Positions 9,662 to 20,466 are shown, counted from the stretch's first letter. The stretch: DNA of 48,010 nt from Planctomycetota bacterium (GCA_036479435.1 JAZGFI010000268.1:1-48010); one strand, 5' to 3'. The notes: generated by a model not told the origin, from the sequence alone. Numbers and translations: made by a program.

Positions 9662-10662
9662 TGGAGTCGCTTCCAGGTGGTCAAGGCGCGAACCGGAAGG
9701 TCCCAGGCGGATCTCTTGCCTTTTTTGAAATGGAACCAACCTAGCCCCGCGATCATCGCGGCGTTGTCGGTACACAAAGCCAACGAAGGGTAGACCATTT
9801 GTTTGCCCGAATTCTCAGCGAGTTGGTCGCAAGCCTCACGGATCTGAAGATTGGCGGCGACGCCACCGCAAACCACGATGGTGTCATGACCCAACATCTC
9901 GGCGGCGCGCAGGGTCTTTTTGGAGAGGACTTCCGCGGCGGCAGCCAAAAGGGCGGCGGCGACATCGGGCGGCGGTAACTCCGGGTTGTCGCGCAGCGCG
10001 TAGGCCACGGCGGTCTTAAGACCGCTGAAGGAAAAATCGAAGTTGTCTTTGTTCAGCATTGGTCGGGGCAGTCTTAGCGCGCGCGGATTGCCCTTCAGAG
10101 CGAGCTCTTGAAGCGCAGGACCCGCGGGCATTGAAAGCCCTAGCGCCCGACCGCATTTGTCGAGGCATTCGCCGACCGCGTCATCCAAAGTACCACCGAC
10201 CAAACGAAAATCATCGAAGTCGCGGCAGTCGAGCAAGATTGTGTTGGCACCGGATATCAGGAGCGTCAAGAACGGCGGCTTTAGAGTTTCATCGTCCATC
10301 CAGGCGGCGAAAACGTGAGCTTCGAGGTGATTGACACCGATGAGTGGTTTTTGCAAGGCCATTGCCACGGCCTTACCCACGGCGGCCCCTACGAGCAATG
10401 AACCCATGAGGCCGGGTTCGTGGGTGACGGCGACGTAGTCGAGCGCTGTAGGAACCCGGCCCGCCTTTTGGAACGCGGCATCGAGCAAGGGAAAGATCTG
10501 TTGGATGTGTAGACGCGAAGCGCGTTCGGGAAGGACGCCGCCGAACTCTTCGTGCTCCGCAAACTGGCTGACGGTGAGATTGGCCAAAATCGTTCGCCCG
10601 TCCTCAACCAAAGACACGGCGGTGTCGTCAAAGGAGGTATCGATGCCGAGCCCGAGCGTCAT
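9649..10662 (-). CDS. tsaD: tRNA t6A synthesis protein TsaD
   Basis: GIDTSFDDT, HLEAH, LISGANT, TLDDAVGE, FSFSGLKT, CTDNAAMI. Confidence 0.95.
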   Translation of the reverse strand: MTLGLGIDTSFDDTAVSLVEDGRTILANLTVSQFAEHEEFGGVLPERASRLHIQQIFPLLDAAFQKAGRVPTALDYVAVTHEPGLMGSLLVGAAVGKAVAMALQKPLIGVNHLEAHVFAAWMDDETLKPPFLTLLISGANTILLDCRDFDDFRLVGGTLDDAVGECLDKCGRALGLSMPAGPALQELALKGNPRALRLPRPMLNKDNFDFSFSGLKTAVAYALRDNPELPPPDVAAALLAAAAEVLSKKTLRAAEMLGHDTIVVCGGVAANLQIREACDQLAENSGKQMVYPSLALCTDNAAMIAGLGWFHFKKGKRSAWDLPVRALTTWKRLHQPK

Positions 10663-11393
10663 TTGAGATCTCCGGGCTTTTTGGCGCGGCGGCCGACGCT
10701 GAAGGGCTTCAGATACTGGGGTTGCACCGCGTCGAAATCGGACGTTTCACCAGACTTCAAATCTTTTGCCGCGGCCGCAGCCAAGGCTTCGGCGGGGCTT
10801 GGAGCATTGCCAAGGAGCGAGAGTCTTTCGGGGGCAAGCAACTCGGACAATGGCTGGCTTACTTTGCGAGTTTCGTTTTTGGCCGCAGATTGATCGAGGA
10901 AAAACGAGGAGTCGGCACCCCAACGTGCGCAAAGGCCCGCGGCATCGTCGTCGTAGTGAAGGTCGCCGGATCGCATGAGGCCCTTTTCTACGACCTGGTA
11001 GCGGGCACTAAAGTGAGTGCCGCGCAATCCCAAAACGACGGCCACAAAAGGCTGGTCCACAGATGGCGGCTCAACTTGATCGAGCGCTCGCAAGGCGGCG
11101 ATCTCGACGGCGTCATAGCCAAAGACTGGCTTTGACAGTGCCCAAGCGAAGGTCTTGACCATGCCCAGTCCAACCCGCAAACCCGTGAAGGAGCCGGGGC
11201 CGACGCTGACGGCAAAGGCGTCGAGGTCGGCGGGGCTCCACCCGGTTTCATTAAAGAGATCTTGCAGATACAAAAACGCCGCATCGCTGGGTGGGTGGCG
11301 GTGCTCCTCGCGGAGGGACGCGGCAAAAACTCCGTCTTCCCACAGGGCGATGCTGGTTGCGGGCGCGCTGGTATCGACGGCCAAGATCCTCAT
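10659..11393 (-). CDS. tsaB: tRNA t6A synthesis protein TsaB
   Basis: MRILAVDTS start overlapping the tsaE stop; GPGSFTGLRVG motif. Confidence 0.92.
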   Translation of the reverse strand: MRILAVDTSAPATSIALWEDGVFAASLREEHRHPPSDAAFLYLQDLFNETGWSPADLDAFAVSVGPGSFTGLRVGLGMVKTFAWALSKPVFGYDAVEIAALRALDQVEPPSVDQPFVAVVLGLRGTHFSARYQVVEKGLMRSGDLHYDDDAAGLCARWGADSSFFLDQSAAKNETRKVSQPLSELLAPERLSLLGNAPSPAEALAAAAAKDLKSGETSDFDAVQPQYLKPFSVGRRAKKPGDLK

Positions 11394-11869
11394 GCAACTT
11401 CCACGCAAGAAAAAGCCTTCAGATAGCGGTCGCCGCTGATCTTTATCTCGATGATGCGGTCGGTCTGAGATTCGCCGGGGCGGATGCGGACATCGAGGTA
11501 GTCTTCTGGCGCCATGAGCTCGCGCAAAGACCGTGGCCACTCGACCACCGTCAATCCAGTTTGCAGGTAGAGGAAATCCTCGTACTCGAGTCCCAAGACA
11601 TGATCGGGATTCTCCAAACGATAAAGGTCGACGTGGTAAAAGGACCTTCCGCCGGCATCGTGGTGGTGCACTAAGGTGTAGGACGGGCTCACCACAGAGT
11701 CGACGTCATTGCCGCCGAAGCCCTCGTAGATCCCCTTGGTCAAGAGGGTCTTACCGGCACCGAGATCGCCTTCCAACAAGATGATACCCGGAGCTGAGAT
11801 GGCGGCGCCGAGTCGGCAACCTAGCTTACGCGTGGTTTCCGGCGAGTCGCTGACGAATTCGCAGTGCAT
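11390..11869 (-). CDS. tsaE: tRNA t6A ATPase TsaE
   Basis: GDLGAGKT Walker A, SPSY, HVDLYRL, VVEW. Confidence 0.95.
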   Translation of the reverse strand: MHCEFVSDSPETTRKLGCRLGAAISAPGIILLEGDLGAGKTLLTKGIYEGFGGNDVDSVVSPSYTLVHHHDAGGRSFYHVDLYRLENPDHVLGLEYEDFLYLQTGLTVVEWPRSLRELMAPEDYLDVRIRPGESQTDRIIEIKISGDRYLKAFSCVEVA

Positions 11870-11878
11870 GGGGACGAC

Positions 11879-12892
<1,014 letters not shown>

Positions 12893-12899
12893 TTGGGGA

Positions 12900-14315
12900 C
12901 TATACGACCGCGAGCAGGGCCCGAAAACCCCCGCTGAGGTAGACCGAGCCGGTAACCACAAGGAGGGCCGGCTTCCGCGTCGAGATGGCCGCCGCGAGCC
13001 CTTTAGGCCCTCCGCTGATGTTGCGGATCTTAACGTCGCCGAGGACGGTGATGACGGCTTCGGCCAATGTCTCGTGATCGAGCGCGCGGGGGGAATTGGG
13101 CCTCACGGTCCACACCGCGGCGACTTTTCCTTGCAAGGGCAACAAGCAAGCGGAAAGGTCTTTGTCTCTGAGCATTCCGAGGGCCAGAGTGATGCTTTTT
13201 TCTGGGGCCCGAAGTTCGATCCAGCGCGCCAAGGCCCTCATGCTAGCGGGCGTGTGCGCCGAGTCGATCAAGACCTTGAATTTGTGATCGGGGTCGATGC
13301 CGACTTCGACGGGTTGGGGTAAAAAACTTGCCTCCTCAATGAACTCGAGCCGACCCGGCAGTCTTAGGGAGGCATAAACCGAGCGTAGGGCCTTCTCGTC
13401 GAAAGCCGTGGGCAACAAAGAGTCAGCGCTAGCGCGATGAAAAGCGGCCGCGGCCAGCGCCAAGTTCTCGGCCTGGTGGACGCCGTCTAAAGAAAGGACG
13501 AGGTCTTCGATCTTCAAGTCGGGTTTCCGCAGGACCAAATCAAAGACCTGGCCGCCGTCCCTAAGATCCCGTCGGTTCTCGATTCGAAAGCCGCGTCCGA
13601 GAAACTCCGCGGGAGCATCGAGCGCGGAAGCTCTTGCGGCGACGGCGCGGCCCGAAGGCGACTGCGGGTCCAGGCTGGAGATGACGGGGACTTGGGGTTT
13701 GATGATCCCGGCTTTTTCGCGGGCAATTTCTTCGAGAGTGGAGCCGAGGATTCGGGTGTGCTCAAGATCAATGGCCGTGATAAGCGAGACGGCGGGTGTG
13801 ATGATATTGGTCGCGTCGAGCCTCCCCCCCAAACCAACTTCCATCACGGCAAGATCACAGGCTTTGTCGCGGAACTCGAGGAAGGCCATGGCGACCATCG
13901 ATTCGAAGAACGAGGGGAGCTCCAAGGCTTCGGCCTGGCGACGGGGCTCAACCACTTGGGCCAGATTTTGGACTTGGCGGCAAAAATCGGCATCGAGGAT
14001 GTCTTGACCGTCGATCGAGATGCGCTCGTTGACCCGCATGAGATGTGGCGACAAAAACAAGCCAGTTTTCAGGCCGCTGGCGCTGGCGAGCGCGCGAAGG
14101 GCTAAGGCCGTCGATCCCTTGCCCTTTGACCCGGCGATGTGGAAGTAGGGGCGGCCGGCCTCTGGCTGCCCCAGGTCCCGTAAGAGCGCGCGCATACGCT
14201 CGAGATCTAGCGAGTCACGGCCCATGCGAGCCGCGTCTTTTTGCTCGTAGTCGGTGAAACTCGCCAAATAGTCGAGGGCATCTGACAGCGATGATAATGA
14301 AACAGGGGCAGCCAT
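12900..14315 (-). CDS. folC: Folylpolyglutamate synthase/dihydrofolate synthase
   Basis: HIAGSKGKGST, SPHL..VNERI, EVGLGGRLDATN, IAREKAGIIK, DSAHT, VTGSVYL. Confidence 0.93.
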   Translation of the reverse strand: MAAPVSLSSLSDALDYLASFTDYEQKDAARMGRDSLDLERMRALLRDLGQPEAGRPYFHIAGSKGKGSTALALRALASASGLKTGLFLSPHLMRVNERISIDGQDILDADFCRQVQNLAQVVEPRRQAEALELPSFFESMVAMAFLEFRDKACDLAVMEVGLGGRLDATNIITPAVSLITAIDLEHTRILGSTLEEIAREKAGIIKPQVPVISSLDPQSPSGRAVAARASALDAPAEFLGRGFRIENRRDLRDGGQVFDLVLRKPDLKIEDLVLSLDGVHQAENLALAAAAFHRASADSLLPTAFDEKALRSVYASLRLPGRLEFIEEASFLPQPVEVGIDPDHKFKVLIDSAHTPASMRALARWIELRAPEKSITLALGMLRDKDLSACLLPLQGKVAAVWTVRPNSPRALDHETLAEAVITVLGDVKIRNISGGPKGLAAAISTRKPALLVVTGSVYLSGGFRALLAVV

Positions 14316-14402
14316 GATCGAGTCCGTTTGTAAGGGGCAGCCCAGCGCTGCCGTTTGTGAGCTTTTGGGCCCTGACCGAGGTTGTGGTCTCGATCTGTGA
14401 GC

Positions 14403-14418
14403 TGGCCCTGGAATTGCT
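14403..14418 (+). promoter_or_regulatory. Putative sigma54 (-24/-12) promoter
   Basis: TGGCCCTGGAATTGCT matches TGGCACG-N4-TTGCW with exact spacing, about 125 bp upstream of ATG 14545. Confidence 0.55.
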
Positions 14419-14544
14419 TAGAGTGATAGCACCCCGTCGAGAGCCGAATGGATGCGGATAAGGACCAGATCCTTGTGAACCCCCGCGGCCAATTTGCGTT
14501 TCGCACATCATGGTGACCGAAATCTTGAGTTCAAGGCAGATCTG

Positions 14545-15969
14545 ATGGCAAGAGTACCCGGTGTTGTGAGCGTTGGCGGGCGGAACCCGAGTGGCTCGAA
14601 TCCCATTATTTTCGTGGTGGTGGTGGGCCTCGTGATGGGGGGTGCACTCCTTTGGCTCTTCAATCTCGACACCCGCGAACGAAAACAGATCGAGGTCTCT
14701 CTGCCGCAGCGAAAGATCACGATCAGCGACGACGCTCCGCTTTGGAATCCGCAGACTGAAACCTGGGGGGCGGTCAATGACACCAACCGCGACGGTCAAA
14801 GTGAAGTCCCCACGAAAGCCTTGGGAGTGGCCTGCAATCGTGTGGCGAGCCATTCTTGGAATGCCTTTGCTCTGCGAGGTACGATCCTAGAGCCGGATCG
14901 CATCGGTTTTCAGCGATTGGACATCCCGAGTTACTTTCAGGCCCCGCGAGCCCTGCGAGGGCAGCCGGTAGAAGTCGTGGGCGAGTTAATCTCGCTAGAG
15001 AAAGTCGATGTCTTTGAAAAATATGAGGGACTGAAAGTAGGTAAGCGTTTTGAGCTTTACGAAGGCGTCATCAAACCGCGCGAGAATCTCCACGGTAGTG
15101 GCGTGCCGGTGTTTTTCACGCTGGTAGATGATCCCAAAAACGCGCTGCCAACGCTGGGCGAGCCGGTGAAACTTCAGGGCGTCTTTTTCAAGCTGCAGGA
15201 AATCTTGCAGGGGCAACCCGAAGTTGGGCTGTGGTTGCTGGGCAAAACGCTCCACCGAAACTTCAGGGTTCCCGAGCTCGATGCGATTGATCTGGACTTG
15301 CTGACAGATGTCAAAGACGTCAAGCAGGCGATGAACCGCAGTTTGCCCTTCGGCGAGGAGGCCTTTTGGCATCTAGCTGCGGACGTGGTGAGGCGCGGAG
15401 ATCGTGACCGCGGGGAACCCATCGAGCTTTCGAAAAAGAAATCCCAAGAGCTTTTGAGCGACCCCGAAAAGTACCGCGGCAAGTACGTCGAAATGCGGGC
15501 GCGCATCTTGAAAGTCGACCAGTTCGGCATGAACGCATTTTTTCCCACGAATGCGGCCGGCGACAACGCCGTTGACGGAATCTGGAACACCTACCTGACG
15601 ACCAACGGCGATAGCACGGTTACCGTGATGTGGCTGAAGAAGCCCAATCTTGACTTAGACGTAGCTGACGAGGTCATCATCCGGGGTGTGTTCTATAGGG
15701 TCTGGGGTTTTAAATCCCGCGAGGGATTCAGCCGCAGCCCGTTGGTGATCGGTGTCGGCGACATCGAGGTCTACAAGAGGCCCAGCAACGCATTTTCAGG
15801 GATCATCCTGGGCTTCGCTGTCTTTTGTCTGCTTTGCGTTGTTTTGGTGGCTTTGGTTCTACGGCGAGACCGCAGGCGTTCGGAGCTCTTCCGTAAGAGC
15901 CTTAATGCCAAGAAGAAGCTGCAACGCGGTCGCGTTGATCTGAACGAAGTCGCCCGCCATTCCGAGTGA
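14545..15969 (+). CDS. Hypothetical membrane protein (N- and C-terminal TM helices, two internal repeats)
   Basis: Hydrophobic IIFVVVVGLVMGGALLWLF and IILGFAVFCLLCVVLVALVL; repeats RGQPVEVVGEL..VKLQGVFFK and RGKYVEMRARI..VIIRGVFYR. Confidence 0.75.
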   Translation: MARVPGVVSVGGRNPSGSNPIIFVVVVGLVMGGALLWLFNLDTRERKQIEVSLPQRKITISDDAPLWNPQTETWGAVNDTNRDGQSEVPTKALGVACNRVASHSWNAFALRGTILEPDRIGFQRLDIPSYFQAPRALRGQPVEVVGELISLEKVDVFEKYEGLKVGKRFELYEGVIKPRENLHGSGVPVFFTLVDDPKNALPTLGEPVKLQGVFFKLQEILQGQPEVGLWLLGKTLHRNFRVPELDAIDLDLLTDVKDVKQAMNRSLPFGEEAFWHLAADVVRRGDRDRGEPIELSKKKSQELLSDPEKYRGKYVEMRARILKVDQFGMNAFFPTNAAGDNAVDGIWNTYLTTNGDSTVTVMWLKKPNLDLDVADEVIIRGVFYRVWGFKSREGFSRSPLVIGVGDIEVYKRPSNAFSGIILGFAVFCLLCVVLVALVLRRDRRRSELFRKSLNAKKKLQRGRVDLNEVARHSE

Positions 15970-16040
15970 ATTTACGTCCGTCTTGCCCGATCTTCACCGC
16001 TCCCCGCAGTAGTGAATATTCTTTAAGTATACAAAAGATG

Positions 16041-16067
16041 TAAATTTCGTCGGCCGTGCTCCGAAAA
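16041..16067 (+). promoter_or_regulatory. Sigma28 (FliA)-type promoter of flagellin
   Basis: TAAA (16041-44), 15 bp, TCCGAAAA (16060-67) versus consensus TAAA-N15-GCCGATAA; AT-rich tract immediately upstream. Confidence 0.75.
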
Positions 16068-16185
16068 GGGAGCGTGGAGTTCATCAGTGGAACCAGCCCT
16101 TCGGGGAGGTGAAGCCTGGGAGGGACCGCGCGACGAGGCGCGATCTTCGAAGAGCTCATTTTTCAAATTGATCAAGGGGAGACCG

Positions 16186-17007
16186 ATGGGACTCAGAATT
16201 AACACCAACATCTTTTCGCTGAACGCGCAGCGCAACCTGGCGTCGGCGAGCAACAAGTTGGGAACGTCTTTTGCGCGTTTGTCGACGGGCCTTCGCATTA
16301 ACACCGCGGCCGACGATGCCGCGGGTTTGGCGATTTCCGAACGCCTTCGTTCACAGGTGACCAGCCTCGAGCAGGCCGGTCGCAACGCCAATGATGGCAT
16401 TTCGCTGATTCAGACCGCTGAAGGTGCGCTCGATGAGAGCAGCAGTATCTTGAATCGTTTGCGCGAGCTCTCGGTACAGTCGTCAAACGGCACGCTTTCC
16501 GGCTCGGACCGCGACACGCTGCAAGAAGAGTTCTCGGCTCTGGTTAGCGAAGTCGACCGTATTGCCAATTCCGCGACCTTTAACGGTACCGATCTTTTGA
16601 GTGGCAGTTCGACCGTATCGCTGCAAATCGGCTCGGGAACGACTGCCGGCACCGACACCATCGACGTGACCTTGTCCGCGGCCGGTTCGTCCGATCTCGG
16701 TTTGGCTTCGCTCGACATCGGCTCGGGTGGTGATTCCTCGGCCGCGATCACGGCGATCGATTCTGCGATCGACAGTGTCGCCTCGATTCGCGGTGGCCTC
16801 GGCGCCGCGCAAAACCGCCTGGAATCGACGATCAACAACCTCGGCGTTCAAATCGAAAACCTCACCGCCGCCGAGTCGCGTATCCGCGACGTTGATGTCG
16901 CCAAAGAGTCGGCCGAACTCACCAAGAACTCGATCCTCCAGCAGGCGGCCTTGAGCATCTTGGCGCAGGCCAACGTGCAGCCGCAGTCCGCGCTCTCGCT
17001 GTTATAG
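16186..17007 (+). CDS. fliC: Flagellin (273 aa, minimal D0/D1 type)
   Basis: [85 protein letters not shown]. Confidence 0.97.
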   Translation: MGLRINTNIFSLNAQRNLASASNKLGTSFARLSTGLRINTAADDAAGLAISERLRSQVTSLEQAGRNANDGISLIQTAEGALDESSSILNRLRELSVQSSNGTLSGSDRDTLQEEFSALVSEVDRIANSATFNGTDLLSGSSTVSLQIGSGTTAGTDTIDVTLSAAGSSDLGLASLDIGSGGDSSAAITAIDSAIDSVASIRGGLGAAQNRLESTINNLGVQIENLTAAESRIRDVDVAKESAELTKNSILQQAALSILAQANVQPQSALSLL

Positions 17008-17024
17008 GTCGAGAACTAAAAAAT

Positions 17025-17064
17025 CGCTCGCGCTTGAACGAACTCGGTTAGTTCAAGCGGAGCG
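17025..17064 (+). terminator. Stem-loop immediately downstream of fliC
   Basis: CGCTTGAAC (17031-39) / GTTCAAGCG (17051-59) inverted repeat, extendable by CGCTC/GAGCG; no U-tract. Confidence 0.45.
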
Positions 17065-17128
17065 CGCAATCCAAAATCAAGTCGAATGACGATTGCGAAC
17101 ACGCCAAACAACGATCTCCGTGTTGTGC

Positions 17129-17170
17129 AGAGAGCCGGTTCGAATTGACGAACCGGCTCTCTCTATTTTC
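17129..17170 (+). terminator. Probable intrinsic terminator of fliC
   Basis: Perfect 14-bp inverted repeat AGAGAGCCGGTTCG / CGAACCGGCTCTCT with 6-nt loop, followed by CTATTTTC. Confidence 0.65.
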
Positions 17171-17248
17171 ATGTGCGGCGTCACTTTCTGTGTCTGCTGA
17201 CGTCTGGAGAGATGACTCGACTCTTGGCCAGGGACCAAGGGAGCACGC

Positions 17249-18661
17249 ATGTACCAAGCCTTTAGCCGGGTAATGATGATCGGACTTTGCATGGCCTTTG
17301 TTCTGTCCGCAAACTGCCCCGCGCAGATTCTCGTTGTCGGCAATCCGATACTGGATCGCGTCGATCTCGTCGGCCCCAACGGCGTCCTGTTGGCGTCATT
17401 GTCGAATCTCGGGAACGTTCGGTTTTCTTGCACCGATGGCACGACGGTGGCATGGCTTAGTGATGCGTCGGCGGGCAGGATTCGGCGCATCGAATTAGAG
17501 AGTCTCATCGTCACGTCTTTTGAAGTACCAGGTATTCCCCGCGCGTTGTCGCAGTTGCCTAATGGTGGCTGTGCCGTGGTCAGCGATTTGGGCACCCAGG
17601 GTTTGCTGCTTTTCGTCGACGCCGATGGGGTGATCACCAACTCCTACGGGCTCGGCATCGGAGCCCAGCAGTTAGCCCGAGGTGCAGATGGCGAATTCTT
17701 GGTGGCGGAGTTTGTGGGAGTCAACCCGGGTCTTCTGCGTCGCTTCGACGCCGAAGGGGATTCGATCGGATTGCATCCGATTGGAAGCCTGGCGACGCGC
17801 ATTCTTGTAGCGAATGACAAGACGGTCTGGGTGCTCTGCGGTTTTGTGCAAGAGCTTTGGCACTACGGCCCGCAAGGGGATTTGCTCCAAGTGGTCGCTT
17901 TGCCTCCAGGCGCTCGAGACATCAATCAAGACCGCGCGGGTCAACTTGTCGTTTCCTATCCGACGATCGGGATGTTGGAGTATCGCGATCTCCAAGGCCT
18001 GCTGATCTGGACGGTGCCCGGGCCGGGAGCGTTTCGGCTGCTACGCGACGGAAATGGGAGGCTTTGGGCCGCCGACGCGATGAACGGCAAACTGGTGGCT
18101 GAGGATGATTGGGACACGGTGGGAGCTGGCGTGACCTTGAGCGCGGGGGTGGGAGTGTCGGGGTCAGAATCGGCGTATGCATACGCAAGCAGTGGCGGTG
18201 GCAACGCGGATACCGACGGCGATGGCGTCGTCAACGCCTATGAAGTCCAGGTGACGACAGACCCCTTCGATTCGCAATCCACGCCCTTCGCTTCTGAACT
18301 CACGGCGCCGCTGCAACCAGGGCTTACGACCACGATCCACTTTCGTTCCTCAGGCACACCGAACTTGATTTATCAAACGGGTATCTCGCACGGCCCGGCC
18401 GCTGAGAATGCGGGCGCGCTTGGCATGCGTTTGCAGCCGGGACCGTTGTTTGACTGGTACCAAAGTTCGGCGACCGGCGTCATTGTGTTCGGGGTGCTGG
18501 GCTTTTTTGACGCCCTTGGAGACTCCTATTTTCCGATCTTCATTCCAGATCTGCCGACCTTGTCCGGGCTTCGGTTTTGGGTCGGGTTTCGCGTGCTAAC
18601 GGAATTTCCGGATTTCACGGTGGGTCTGTCGGCCCCAGCGGTGGAACTCGAAATCGAGTGA
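17249..18661 (+). CDS. Secreted beta-propeller (NHL/Vgb-like) protein with DTDGDG motif and C-terminal beta-rich domain
   Basis: Signal peptide (MIGLCMAFVLSANCPA-Q), periodic DG/NG..W/V blades, ADTDGDGVVNAYEVQVTTDPFD; RBS GGGAG. Confidence 0.7.
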   Translation: MYQAFSRVMMIGLCMAFVLSANCPAQILVVGNPILDRVDLVGPNGVLLASLSNLGNVRFSCTDGTTVAWLSDASAGRIRRIELESLIVTSFEVPGIPRALSQLPNGGCAVVSDLGTQGLLLFVDADGVITNSYGLGIGAQQLARGADGEFLVAEFVGVNPGLLRRFDAEGDSIGLHPIGSLATRILVANDKTVWVLCGFVQELWHYGPQGDLLQVVALPPGARDINQDRAGQLVVSYPTIGMLEYRDLQGLLIWTVPGPGAFRLLRDGNGRLWAADAMNGKLVAEDDWDTVGAGVTLSAGVGVSGSESAYAYASSGGGNADTDGDGVVNAYEVQVTTDPFDSQSTPFASELTAPLQPGLTTTIHFRSSGTPNLIYQTGISHGPAAENAGALGMRLQPGPLFDWYQSSATGVIVFGVLGFFDALGDSYFPIFIPDLPTLSGLRFWVGFRVLTEFPDFTVGLSAPAVELEIE

Positions 18662-19770
18662 ACGTGACCGACCGCCAAGCTGCCATTCTCGGACTCAACG
18701 CGACCGGTGTCGCGGGGCAGCGCGAACTGAGGATCATCGAGGAAAAGCTCGGCCCTCTCGAAACTCCTGGCCTCGCCGCGCCCCGAGAACTCCGTCTCCC
18801 CAGACGTATTCGCTCGGCGATGGAGCATCCTGGTTTAGTGGCGATTGGCCAGCTTGAGGCCAAAGACGCCGAAAGCTACGGCTTGTCGGTTGCGATTTTT
18901 GAAGACGAGTGTTTTCCTCGGCGCTTGCTTTGCCTCGCGAATCCACCGCTCGCTCTGTATTGGCGCGGGACTCTTCCTCCAGATGAACAGCCCGCCGTCG
19001 GCGTCGTGGGCTCGCGGCGCTGTAGTCGCTATGCCTTGAGGGTCGCTGATTCCATCGCGCGCGATCTCGCGTCGTTGGGAATCGTCGTGGTCAGCGGACT
19101 GGCACGCGGCGTCGACGCCAGCGCCCATCGTGGGTCCTTAGGGGACAAGCGCTGCGCGCTGGCGATTCTCGGCTGCGGCATGGCCTCAATCTACCCCCCG
19201 GAACACACGCAACTCGCGCTCGATATTGAATCAAGTGGTGCGGTTCTCAGTGAGTTCGGTCCGGAAGTAGCGCCCTTGGCACGGAACTTCCCACGACGAA
19301 ATCGACTCATCGCGGGCTTTTCAGATGCGTTGTTGGTGATCGAAGCGAGACAAAAAAGCGGAGCCTTGATCACCGCGCGCTGGGCTGCCGATCTTGGTAA
19401 GGACGTCTTTGTCGTCCCTAATCAAGTTGATAACGCCGCCGCCGAGGGCAGTCTCGCGTTGCTTCGGGACGGCGCGCGCCCGATACGGGACGCGAAAGAT
19501 CTCATTCAAGATATGGGCTGGGAGGACGATGAAGTTCAGCTGGATCTGGCCGCCGTTGCTCAGGAGCCTAGGTCGCCGGCAAGCGATTTGGAACAGGCAG
19601 ACTTGCGACTGCTGACCTTGCTAGATCACGAAGCAGCACCCCTCGACGCTATCTTGGGTGGCCTAGGGATGTCGGCGGGGGAGGCACTGACTCGTCTGAT
19701 GGCACTTGAATTAAAAGGAGAGGTTGAGCAGCTGCCGGGGATGTGCTTTCGCCGAGCCAACAACAAGTGA
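18658..19770 (+). CDS. dprA: DNA-processing protein DprA/Smf
   Basis: PPLALYWRG, VGVVGSR, VVSGLARGVD, FPRRNRLIAG, SGALITA, C-terminal winged helix LMALELKG; GTG overlaps the upstream stop. Confidence 0.95.
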   Translation: MNVTDRQAAILGLNATGVAGQRELRIIEEKLGPLETPGLAAPRELRLPRRIRSAMEHPGLVAIGQLEAKDAESYGLSVAIFEDECFPRRLLCLANPPLALYWRGTLPPDEQPAVGVVGSRRCSRYALRVADSIARDLASLGIVVVSGLARGVDASAHRGSLGDKRCALAILGCGMASIYPPEHTQLALDIESSGAVLSEFGPEVAPLARNFPRRNRLIAGFSDALLVIEARQKSGALITARWAADLGKDVFVVPNQVDNAAAEGSLALLRDGARPIRDAKDLIQDMGWEDDEVQLDLAAVAQEPRSPASDLEQADLRLLTLLDHEAAPLDAILGGLGMSAGEALTRLMALELKGEVEQLPGMCFRRANNK

Positions 19771-19780
19771 TGATGACCGA

Positions 19781-19975
19781 CTAGTTGGCGAGCAAGAATT
19801 CCATCGTGAAATGCAAGACAGCACAAATTGCCAAGATCGTTCCACTCATGTAAAGGAACATCTTGCCGGCGGCCTTGAACACATCATCCATGGCGGGCCG
19901 CCTCAACAGCGAACAGAAAAAACAGATCACGGCCGCGAGCGGCAAAAAAAGCAGGATGCTCTGAGTGATGCTCAT
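19781..19975 (-). CDS. Small two-TM membrane protein
   Basis: 64 aa, two hydrophobic segments, start overlapping upstream stop, GGAG RBS. Confidence 0.65.
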   Translation of the reverse strand: MSITQSILLFLPLAAVICFFCSLLRRPAMDDVFKAAGKMFLYMSGTILAICAVLHFTMEFLLAN

Positions 19976-20466
19976 GATCCGACTCCTTCGCGAGTCGGGG
20001 CGGGAGGGGCATCGTCCGTTTTTGCAACCTCGAGTGTTTCTTTGCGGTCCTTCGCGGTGGCGAGATCCCAGGCGTCAATCATGGCGAGGATGTTCAACAG
20101 AGCGGCGACGCCCGAATAGAGGCAACCGACGTGATAGGCGGCGTTGTCGCGATAGATGTTGAGCGAGCCCGTCGCCAAGGCTGCGATGCCTGCCATCAAG
20201 CCGCCAAAGAGATGGGCCAAGCCCCAGATGGAGTGGCGATCGAAGGGCGAGATATTGCGAAAGTCTGCGATGGCCATGCCCGCGACGAAGGTCAGCAGGA
20301 TGAGGCCTCCTACCCAAAGGCCGCGCTTTTTTTCACCGAGATGAAAGTGGCCCAGACCGGGGACCAACCAGGCGAGCAGGACCGCATTTCGCTGCCGCGC
20401 CGATGACGTGGTGACGAAACGGACCAGCAGCAGAACCGCGACCAAAGGAAGGATGATTTTGGCCAT
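19972..20466 (-). CDS. Membrane protein, DUF6677-like
   Basis: LAWLVPGLGHFHLG..RG and YSGVAALLNILAMIDAWD motifs. Confidence 0.7.
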   Translation of the reverse strand: MAKIILPLVAVLLLVRFVTTSSARQRNAVLLAWLVPGLGHFHLGEKKRGLWVGGLILLTFVAGMAIADFRNISPFDRHSIWGLAHLFGGLMAGIAALATGSLNIYRDNAAYHVGCLYSGVAALLNILAMIDAWDLATAKDRKETLEVAKTDDAPPAPTREGVGS

